Assembly: GCF_004010195.1 (NCBI RefSeq)
Contig: NC_057755.1
Location: forward strand, 10,511,215 to 10,531,214
Reading direction: 5' to 3'
Length of the DNA stretch: 20,000 nt
Origin: Chiloscyllium plagiosum
Lineage: Eukaryota
Shown here: in pieces, positions 10,006-19,155 of the stretch
Numbering within the stretch: position 1 is the first letter of the stretch
How the letters are laid out: each line of letters opens with the position of its first letter
Translations under genes and position numbers: made by a program
Notes under the pieces: model-generated
Seen by the model: the letters and a program-made list of their open reading frames with translations, nothing else
Told to the model about the DNA's origin: nothing
Database searches by the model: none

Positions 10006-10587
10006 TGTTATGAACCAGGCAGATCCCCTCAAAATATTTTAAGAAGGTTTCCTCGATGCTTTTCTTTCTCTTATTTGAAAGGTAGATGTAAAGTGAGTGC
10101 GCAACTGGTCAAGCCACTCGGCTGTTAGCAAAACAGAAATTATTTAAACATTACAGTTATAACACAAACAACATAAATTGCAATTTCAAATAACAGAACA
10201 ATTGGTAAAGTTAAACTCATACTCGATACAGCTATGATTACTAATTAACTGTTCCAATATAGTAACACCCCTTGGCAAAAAAAGTCAATTAAAAACAGAT
10301 TCTTCCAGGCAGGAGCGAATAACATCCAGAGAGAGTTTTCAGAGAAATGCAGTTCGGAATCATTTCCTGAAGCTTGCAACCCTTCTGGTGCTCAAAAATC
10401 TTGTGACTGCTAAAGCTAAAAAAAACCTAGAAAACTCTGAACTGGGGGAACTGGCCATTCCACTTTCATTGTTAAACTGCTTATTAAAAATCTATTGATT
10501 CAAGCTGGCGCTCCAGGTATTTTAGCACCTCTGCCTTTACAACCTCACTTAAAACAAGGGCAAAATAACATTTTTAAAGTGACAGCA
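10006..10587 (-). mobile_element. 5' LTR (about 582 bp)
   Basis: Bounded by TG (tgttatga, 10006) and CA (tgacagca, 10587), and adjacent to the PBS and gag. Confidence 0.7.
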
Positions 10588-11048
10588 TTTCAGAACCGAA
10601 TTTGCAGTAAACAATCTGTTATATTAAGAGAATCATGGCATTCCTAGAAAAAGCCATAAACATGGACAACACTCATATACTTTCACCATGGAATGTTTCT
10701 AACAAAATAAGAACATGCACATGTACAGAGGAGAAATGATTTTTCAAATTAAGGCAAAATTATGCATCATTGAACATGTTTGCAAGGAATATTTTTTTTA
10801 AAATTCCATATACTTTAATCAATTAAATCATTCAAATTGCAGAAGTGGGAAAATGTTTGTTTGAATGTTAGTTTCTGCAAACAAAAGCATTCATGATGAA
10901 AAGATGTGTTTGTCAAGTTGTGTCAAGATAGGATATACCTTTTACAAATGATTCGATCATTGCAATAACCCTCACGATTTTTAACATCTGTAGTATTGAA
11001 TGGTTTCAGATATATGTTATCTCAGTTTTTTATCAAGAGTGAATTTAC

Positions 11049-11156
11049 CTTTGTCGTCATTTGAAGTCACAAGATCTATTTCTGTTCCTATGCATATTCG
11101 AGCTGCAAACATGAGCCAGAGGCCAGCTCTAATTTCCCACTTCATTCTGTTGACTT
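11049..11156 (-). CDS. Candidate 108-nt exon encoding a signal-peptide-like segment (unidentified gene)
   Basis: Acceptor ctttataattttcag and donor AAG|gtaaat. ATG at 11145 with A at -3. Reads MKWEIRAGLWLMFAARICIGTEIDLVTSNDDK and ends in phase 1. Lies in non-repeat sequence; no homology recognised. Confidence 0.4.
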
Positions 11157-11364
11157 CTGAAAATTATAAAGCATGGCAGGAACGTTGTTATTCAAATATT
11201 AATGAAGTGACAATGTCAGTAGATATTCTGACCCACACATCTCTCAGCATGGATATCTCCATCTGTCAGATCAAGATCAAGGCAGGGCTTTTCAGTAAGA
11301 CCACAGCTGATGTTATTGTTTTCTCAAGCTCCATTTCGCACAATCTTTGCCTAGTTTTCTATTC

Positions 11365-13010
11365 AGTGTTGAAAAGTGTGGCACTGGAAAAGCACAGCAT
11401 GTCAGACAGCATCCGGAGAGCAGGAGAGTCAACGTTTGGATGTAAGCCTTCATCAGAGATGTTGTTGGGGAAGAGGGCTGAGAGATTAATAGGAGGGTGG
11501 GGGTGGGGAGAAGGTGGCTGGGAATGTGATGGGTCGATGCACCAGGGGGTGATAGTGATTGGTCGGAGGGAACGGTGGAGCAGATAAGTGGGAAGCAAGA
11601 TGGACAGGAAGGACAATTCAAGACAGCGGTGCTGAGTTGGAGGGTTGGATGTGGGATGAGGTGGGGGAAAAAAGAAAAGGAAACTGGTGAAGTTGACATT
11701 TATGCCGTTATGTTTGGAGGGTCCTCAGGCAAAAGATGAGATCTGCTTCCTCGAGTTGTTGAGTGGCTTGCATTTGGCAGTGAAGGAGGCCCAGGACCTG
11801 CATGTCCTTGGTGGAGTGAGTGGGGGAGTTGAAGTGACCGGTCAAAGTGTTGATGGGCTTGTTGGTCTCTATTCCCTGAAAATTCGGCGGGTTGCCCTCT
11901 TGTCTCCCTTATATAGTGGAAAACACATCGAGAACGATGGACAATGTCAGTGATGTGGGTGGATGTGCAGAAAAATCTCTGCTGGATGTAAAAGGTGCTT
12001 GGAGTGGAGGGTAAGTAGCATAGGGAATGTTCTCTGCAGTATGCTGATAGGGGTGGGGAGGGAAATATATCGGTGATGGTGGGGACTGACTGTAAGTGAT
12101 GGAAATGGCGGAGGATGGTGCACTGTAAACCGGAGATTGGTGGAGTGGAAGGTAATGACCATGACGATTCGATCCTTGTTGTGGTTGCAGTTGTGGGGTT
12201 CAAGGGCAGAGGTGCAGGAATTGGAAGAGATGTATTGGAGGATATTGTTGACTATGTGGGAGGGGAAATTACGGTTCTTCAAATAGGAGGCCATCTGGGA
12301 TGTTCTGGAGTGGAATTGCTCCTCCTGGGAGCAGATATTGTGAAGACAGAGGAATCGGGAGCAAGGGACCACCTTTTTAAAGACGGTGGGAGGGTGGTTG
12401 TGGTGAGAGGAGGAATAGTCCAGGTAGCTATGGGAGTCAGTGGGTTTGAAATAAATGTCCATGTTAAGTCGGTCGCTGCTGATGAAGACGAGGTACAGGA
12501 GGGTGAGGGACGTGCCCAACATGGTCCAGGTGGACTTTAGGTCAGAGTGGAAGATGTTCATTAAGTTGACGAACTATTCAACCTCTTCATGGGAGGACTA
12601 GGGAGCATCAATACAGTCATCAATTTAGCGGAACAAAAGGTGGGTACTACTGCTAGTGTAAGTGTAGAAGATGGACTGTTCCATGTATCCAATGAAGAGG
12701 CAAGCACAAGCAGGGGCCCATGCGGGTGCACATAGCTACCCTTTGGTCTGAAGGATTTGGTAGGATTCAAAGGAGCATTAATTGAAGGTGTGGACCAGTT
12801 CCACTAATTGAATGAGTGTATCAATGGAGGCGCACTAGCGGTGTCAGCGGGAGAGGAAGAAACAGAGGGCTTGGAGGCCTTCACAGTGGCAGGTGGGCAT
12901 GTACAGGTACTGGGTGGAAACGGTGGAGATGAGGTATTGGGGGTCAGGGAATCAAAGGATTTGGAAGAGGTGGAGGCCATGTAAGTTGTCCCAAATGTAT
13001 ATGGTAGATT
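11365..13010 (-). mobile_element. Penelope-like element, 5'-truncated (RT, GIY-YIG and 3' terminus), degraded
   Basis: RT motifs: G.AMCTRMGP (about 12715-12742), FR*IDD (12616-12633, Y replaced by stop) and IYFKPTDSHSYLDYSSSH. GIY-YIG remnant CVFHYIRET. Degenerate hammerhead at 11427-11460. Confidence 0.92.
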
Positions 13011-13395
13011 CTGGAAATGGAGGACTTGGACGCCTCCCAACTTGGGACACTCCAACAGCACGGTTTAAATGTCGACTTCACCAGTTCCCTCATTTCCCCT
13101 CCACCAACCTTATCCCAGAACCCACTTTCCAAATTGGCATCACACTCCTGAACTGTCCAATCTGTCCATCTTCCTTCGCACGTATTTGCTCCATCCTCCC
13201 TTCCGACCTATCACTATCACATCCGCCTGCATCATCCTAGCGCCTTCTAACTACCTTTCCCATTCCCATCCTCCTATATATCTCTCAGCCACCTTTCCCC
13301 GCTACCATGAACAGCTTATGCCGAGATGTCGAGTCTCCTGCTCCCTTGATGCTACTTCACCTGCTGTGTTTTTCAAGCGCCACACTTTTTGACTA
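13011..13395 (+). mobile_element. Inverted PLE 3' terminal segment joined to the 5' end of the adjacent PLE
   Basis: Reads LGTLQQHGLNVDFTS, followed by a 3' region collinear with the reverse complement of about 11365-11730. Confidence 0.85.
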
Positions 13396-13859
13396 TTTAT
13401 GAACTTGTTGAAATGTCCTTTAAATGTTATAATTGGAGCTGCATGTACAACTTTCTTTTGTTGCTGATAAAAAGATTTCCATGTAAACTTTCTGAATGAT
13501 AAAAGGAGGGAGTAGGATTATGAATATTTCACAAAATCATACATTCAATATTAATTACTGAGACAAAATTATTTCAACAGGTTTGCCTTTTCCCCATAGT
13601 CATCGAAAATGTCCCACTTTCAGTTTCAAATGAGCCATCACTACATCTGAGCTTGCTTTATGGAGCTATAAAATTTCTTATCATTTTGAAGTCCCTGTCA
13701 GGTTTGCTTTCATATTCCCTTTTAGTAGTTGTTATGAACTACTTCATGGCGATTCTTGGTCTTTGTATCTTTTCTCAAACATCCGCGTCTGTGCACAAGT
13801 AGACAAAACATTTGAAATTCATTTCCCTTACATTTTTTTTCGAGCTCTCATTCTCTGGT

Positions 13860-14305
13860 TAGAAATTAACTCAAAGGAATTGAATGAGAGACTACATTTG
13901 TTCCTGCTGTCAAAATTACTTACCCCACATGCACCTTAAACATTTCTAGTTTTAGTGATTTCTCAAATATTTGGAAGCAATAGGTTCACCAATTATTTTA
14001 ATTTTGCCTTATAATTCCAGCACACAAATTGCATTATATTTTTGCAGAAAGGAATTTGCCGCCTCGTCTTTTTAAAAAAAATACACAAATTGAAGTCTGC
14101 TTTTTTCCAAATATCGAGAAGTTGTTCAGTGATTTATATTTTGACATTTACCTTTCGGAATATCTTTTATGTCTGCATTCGAATCAGCCCAAAACATTTG
14201 AGTGCTTCCTTTGGAAAATGCTAACATATATGGTAAGGTTACCCTCAGTCTGAAGAAGTACACAAATCATAAAATTATAACTTCAAAGCTAAACCATATT
14301 CTCAA
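13860..14305. repeat. Diverged AT-rich low-copy module; other copies at about 14525-14880 and 16300-16675
   Basis: Shared blocks include aattaactcaaaggaatt, ttttgccttat, tttttgcagaa, ctttc-gaat and ataaaatta-aacttcaaag-taaa-cata. Confidence 0.75.
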
Positions 14306-15217
14306 CAGGATTAATGGTGTGCTTCTACTCCAAGGTTCCAACACGCAACTGACTCAGGGAACATCAGTCTGCATTGTGCCTGCCACACTTATCTTTCTTC
14401 TTGTCCTCACGGGATTGTCAATTTTATTTGTGAAATATTAAACTTAGAAAAAATGCTCATAAAGATGTGAAATTGATTGCAATTTGACCTTTCTAATTTG
14501 TGAATTCATTCTCATTTGAAAGTGAAGAATTAACTCAAAGGAATTAAATTGCAGACGACTGATGGTCCTGCAATTATGAATATACTTATTGAAAATTAAT
14601 GACCGTATGTCAATAGTTCTAGTTTACAATTTGTTACAAATTTCTGGTTTCAATTTTTTACTGAAGCATTTGTAAGCAATAAAGCCGGATATTACTTATT
14701 CCTTTTGCCTTATGATTCGGGCATTGCACTTTCCAAGAACGTTCTGTTCCAAATCTTGTTTTTGTTTCAAAAAAATCTAGTAAAAGAGTTTATTTTTTCT
14801 GAATGTTGCAAGGTATTTAGTAATCTATATTTGCACACTTACCTTTCAGAATGTTTTCTATGTATGTACTCGAATCACAAAAAGAAAGATTCATTTCATG
14901 CTTTGTTCACAATATCTGATCCTTTAATAGTTTTGCACACACTGTATTTTGTTATCATTTCATCATTCAGTATTAAAAAGTGAACAACTAAATGAATCAA
15001 CACTGTCCTATCTGTTTGCATTAATAGTTTACTGCATATATATGCTGTCACCCTGTCTCATACAGTCACATTCTTCCACATTGCAGAGAATAGAACACAA
15101 TGGTGCATCGGTACTTTTTACAACTTTAACATGACCTTGAACTCCTTTTGTTCCTTGCTTCAGATATCAAAGTTATGTGCTCGTTCAGTTCTTAGGAAGG
15201 GTCACTCAACCTGAAAC

Positions 15218-15304
15218 GTGTGGTGCTGGAAAAGCAAAGCTGGTCAGGAAGTATCCGAGGAGCAGGAGAGTCGACGATTCGGGCAAAAGCCCTTCATCAG
15301 AAAT
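15218..15304 (-). mobile_element. Miniature PLE terminus with hammerhead motif (GAAA mutated to GAAT)
   Basis: Minus strand reads CTGATGA-a-GGGC-tttt-GCCC-GAAT-cgtcgactctcctgctcctcggatac. Confidence 0.8.
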
Positions 15305-15599
15305 GGTCAGACCATAACAAAGCTTTACTCAAATTTATATTCAATGTTTAACATGTAGTAACCTCAATGGCATTTTCTTATATTCGATTAGAGGGGGAGA
15401 CATAAAATGTCACACAGAACTGGCCATCGATTAACATCCTAGAAGATAGAATCACACAGCAGAGAAACTGATCCTTTTACAGAGATTTTTGTGAAACAAA
15501 AACAAGAGTTTGAACAAATTGCTTCACAAATTATATCAAACGGACTCACCTACATTTGGTCCATATCCCTCTGAACCTTCTGTGGGAGAAAACCAGGCC

Positions 15600-16165
15600 A
15601 CTTTGCCTGCTCACCACTTGCTCACAGAAACCATGTCTGTTCTTAGCCAAACACAGCCTACTCATAACTTGCAGAGTTACATTGTACTTTGCTCAAAAAC
15701 TGCATGCATTCATGTAGAACTCTGACCTCAAAACTGCATGAGTTTATGTAAAATTCTGTTATCTAACTTTTTTAGATTAGAATCAATCTAAACACCATCA
15801 CATAGACAGAGAACACAGAGGTTTAACACCTTCACCATATTGTCTAGCTATCACCATTGTTCATAGCTGAACCGGGAATGCAACTTTAAAAAACGGTTTT
15901 GTGATTTACACATGAAAGAAGTCAAACTATCACTGTAGTCTAACAGATGAAAGGTTTAACAGACAATAACTTTTTCAATGTATAATTTCAGTTACATCAC
16001 ACTGTACATTTTTGCTATAAATTCTGTGTTCCGATCGAGCCCTCCACTATCACCTGATGAAGGAGCGTCCCTCCGAAAGCTAGTGTGCTTCCAATTGAAT
16101 CTGTTGGACTATAACCTGGTGTTGTGTGATTTTTAACTTTTCTCATTAGGCCACCGGCACCTCAA
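15600..16165 (+). mobile_element. 3' non-coding end of a second PLE-type family; 5' boundary uncertain
   Basis: Ends in an intact minimal hammerhead followed by cttccaattgaatctgttggactataacctggtgttgtgtgatttttaacttt, a terminus I recognise from shark PLE-type repeats. No coding motif seen. Confidence 0.6.
16051..16085 (+). ncRNA. Minimal type I hammerhead ribozyme, fully paired
   Basis: Reads CAC-CTGATGA-A-GGAG-cgtcc-CTCC-GAAA-GCTA-GTG. Stem I is CAC/GTG, stem II is GGAG/CTCC, with palindromic AGCT. Predicted cleavage after CUA at 16082. Confidence 0.85.
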
Positions 16166-17051
16166 CTTGACTCCACTCAGCTCAGGAACTAACAGTGACA
16201 TGAAAGATTATCTCGGCAGTTTCTGGACTGAAGGAATATGCTATCAAGATGACCTGCTAACTGGTTTTCCTACCTCACAATTATATCGTTGTTCCTTAAC
16301 AGAGTTAATTAATAATATCTAAAAACATTTATGTTTCAATTGTTTCTAATATTTTTGACAACAATACATCTGGCTATTATTTTTATTTTACTGCACAATT
16401 TTAGCACACTAACCCCATGTTATTTTTGCAGAACATAATTTGCTGTCATCTTTGTTTAACAGAGCTCTCATCAGACTTCAATTTTTTAAAACAATTGATG
16501 AGATATAAGTGATGTTTTGACACTTTCAGAATATATTTTTACTGCATTCAAATTACTCACAGATGTATCATTTCTTATTTTGGATGCTGTGAACATATAT
16601 ATTTTTTAAATTACTTTCACGATGTCGAATTGCAGAAATTATAAAATTACAACTTCAAAGTTAAAGCATACTCTGTCATTTGCTCACAAATATACGACAG
16701 AATTTATACACTATAGAAAACTAATCAACACTGACTTGCTTTTATACATAACCTAAAATGTATAAAAGCATCTCACCAAGTGCCTCATTTGTCAAGAGGC
16801 AAAAATAGATACATTCTGTCAAACAAAAGAGCAAATGAAAGTTTGTGGAATGTGACACCACATGTAGTTAATAGAGACCCACTTTAAGCTGTCAGTTAGT
16901 TACCTTAAGGGTGTTCAGGTAAGTAAACAGATTGAGAAATGCACTGTTTGACTATTCCACGTCTATTTTCTTCGGAATTTTGTATTTTTGGTAAGACTGA
17001 AGATGAAACCTCATAACATTCAGTGGATGTGGCTCAATATTTTCACATAGT

Positions 17052-17215
17052 CAAAAGTGAGGACTGAAGATGCTGGAAACCAGAGTTTACATCAGTGTGA
17101 TGCTGGCAAAGCACAGCAGATCAGGCGGCATCCGAGGAGCAGGAAAATCGACGTTTCGGACAAAAGCCCTTCATCAGGAACAGAGAAAGGCACCCTCCAG
17201 GGTGGAAAGATAAAA
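17052..17215 (-). mobile_element. Short PLE 3' terminal fragment
   Basis: Homologous to 547-670: gcacagcag-tcagg--gcatccgagga...aaaatcgacgtttcgg...cccttcatcaggaa. Confidence 0.85.
17146..17181 (-). ncRNA. Minimal type I hammerhead ribozyme motif (core intact)
   Basis: Minus strand reads gttc-CTGATGA-A-GGGC-tttt-GTCC-GAAA-CGTC-gatt. Confidence 0.75.
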
Positions 17216-17264
17216 TCATGTTTATGGGATGAACAGCCATAATCCCTGAACGTATATATTTTTT

Positions 17265-17530
17265 ACGTTCCCAGCAGAGCTGCAATCAGGCTGTGACAGT
17301 CTGTGTGTGTATGTACGTGTTGTGTTTGTGTATATGCGTCTAGCAGAAGCAGCTGATCCTGTAACCGTGTGTGCCTATGTGTAACATTTACAGTGCCCAG
17401 TGGAGGTGAGTGACAGAATGACTGTGACTGTGTGCGTGAGGGTAACATTTCCAGACCACAGCAGAGTTACATCGGTCTGTGTCTGTCTGTGTGTGAGGGA
17501 GTGATATTCACAGAGTCCAGCAGAAAGAGA
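17265..17530. repeat. Diverged tandem repeat of about 60 bp with (TG)n-rich units
   Basis: A cagcaga-like anchor recurs near 17272, 17341, 17398, 17458 and 17518, with TG-rich tracts in between. gtaacattt is repeated. Confidence 0.6.
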
Positions 17531-17909
17531 TTGTTGTTTTTCTGTATGTGCAGTAATTAAAGCGAATAAAAGCAGCAAAATCAAACAAACAATCAGCAAA
17601 ACAAAGAGACCAGTGCCTCGGCAGAGCATATATCTACTTGTACATAAGTGTTGCATCTGTCCAATTTATTTTAACTTCGTGTAATTCATAGGATCCAAAT
17701 TGACAGTACAAAGTTTTACCCTGTAAAGTTTGATGGGTTATGTAATCAATGCACTTTCTTTAAAAATAAACTTTAATAACTCTCTCTTCAAGTCAACGAG
17801 AAAGACCTAAACCTGACAAAATCTGAAAATTGCAGTGATAATAATTGGTGCTGCCGTCATGATGCGCATTTAAACAGAGTAACATGGTTGAATACAATCC
17901 AGAACTTAC

Positions 17910-18061
17910 CTTATGTTGAAGTTTCTGATCTCTTCTAAAAAGATTTCCTCTCACTATTACCTTGTCTTCAACAGTGTAAGTGACAACAGAGCCATAAAGA
18001 TGACCTTCAAACTGATCAGCTGTAAACTCTACAGCACGCCCTTTCTGGTTCTGAGTTTTAC
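17910..18061 (-). CDS. Candidate 152-nt coding exon (unidentified gene)
   Basis: Acceptor ttttctgttttattgaattgtgtgaaatccag and strong donor AAG|gtaagt. Open frame KTQNQKGRAVEFTADQFEGHLYGSVVTYTVEDKVIVRGNLFRRDQKLQHK within AT-rich flanks. Confidence 0.4.
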
Positions 18062-18306
18062 CTGGATTTCACACAATTCAATAAAACAGAAAAATAACTT
18101 TTGTTTTTATCTGGAATAGAAGTACATTATGGAAATAAATGGCAACATTGCAATCATCTCCTTAATTTCTAATGCAGCCAACAGTACAGAGAAAATTACC
18201 TACATCACTCACAAGCAGGGATCAGGCTGCTTTGAGTCTAATACTGTGCAATAAGATACATTTAGTTAATGGTTATAGAGTGAAAGATAGCAAAGAATAC
18301 TGCAAT

Positions 18307-18713
18307 GCTGCAGACTGAGCCTGTCTCCACTGCTGCAGCCTGCGCCTGACTCCACTGCTCCAGCCTGGGCCTGACTCTACAGCTGCAGCCTGGGTATGAC
18401 TCCATCTGTTGGAGCCTGGGCCTCACTCCACTGCTGCCGCCTGCGCCTGACTCCATCTGCGGCAGCCTGAGCCTGACTCCATCTGCTGCAGCCTGGACCT
18501 GTCTCACTACTGCAGCCTCGGCCTGACTCTACTGCTGCAGCCTGGGCCTTTCTCCACTGCTGCAGCCTGGGTTGACTCCATCTGCTGCAGCCGTGGCCTG
18601 TCTCCACTGCTGCAGCCTGGGCCTAAATCCGCTGCTGCAGCCTGGACCTGAGTCCACTAATGAAGCCCGGGCCTGACTCCACTGCTGCAGCCTGGGCCTG
18701 ACTCCATTTCTGC
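18307..18713 (-). repeat. 25-bp minisatellite, about 16 units, inverted relative to 797-1050
   Basis: Plus strand reads (GCCTGGGCCTGACTCCACTGCTGCA)n. Confidence 0.95.
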
Positions 18714-19155
18714 TGACTGGACCGAGAATAAAAAATGGTAAAAGAAATAAAATATCTAAACAGCAAATACCTGTGTGTCCCTGGAGATGAAGCGAGGAGT
18801 CTGTACCAACATTTCGATGTTTTCATTGCGGGATGGGCACCACAGGGTATGGAGTGTTTTATTCCCCCCCTCCCCGATTCTATATTAGTTTGATCCCTTC
18901 CCGCACCTTCACTTTTGCCATCAGTAAGGCATTGCCCTCTGATGAGAAGGGCATTGCCTGTCACTGTCACTCAGGTATTTCTTTTCTTCCTGGTAGTAGA
19001 AAGTGAGGAAGGGTTTCTGCACTCATCGCTTCTTCAATGTATCTTACACCTGCACATACACGACACAAAGGCAAAACAAATAACCAGGAGATTACAATCT
19101 CCTCATTTGAAAACTGACTCTGAGCTGGCTGGCCACAGCCAAACTATTGTGCCTT
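18714..19155 (-). repeat. Unclassified repeat body adjoining the minisatellite
   Basis: 18714-18762 matches 757-800 (tgtttagatatttt...tttttattct-gg-cc). 18768-19155 matches 1150-1587. Confidence 0.8.

Larger units (their letters stand above)
8630..10587 (-). mobile_element. Gypsy (Gmr1-like) LTR retrotransposon remnant: 5' LTR, PBS, gag and integrase N-terminus
   Basis: gag: LPKFDEKDIEAFCISFQKVDKQTKWP...KLVDRATEVFASLSEE, with an upstream coiled-coil ORF at 9500-9874. Integrase HHCC region at about 8690-8835: AHELPEGGHLG...WCGLHKDVLYFCQTCHTCQ. LTR and PBS are listed separately. Confidence 0.85.

Noticed and set aside
11000..11587. 195-aa plus-strand ORF
   Set aside because: Runs from unique sequence into the antisense strand of a PLE terminus and has no recognisable domain.
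18939..18947. CTGATGA as a tenth hammerhead or a C/D-box motif
   Set aside because: It lies in a hairpin loop with no downstream stem II or GAAA, and the homologous copy near 1415 does not keep the motif.
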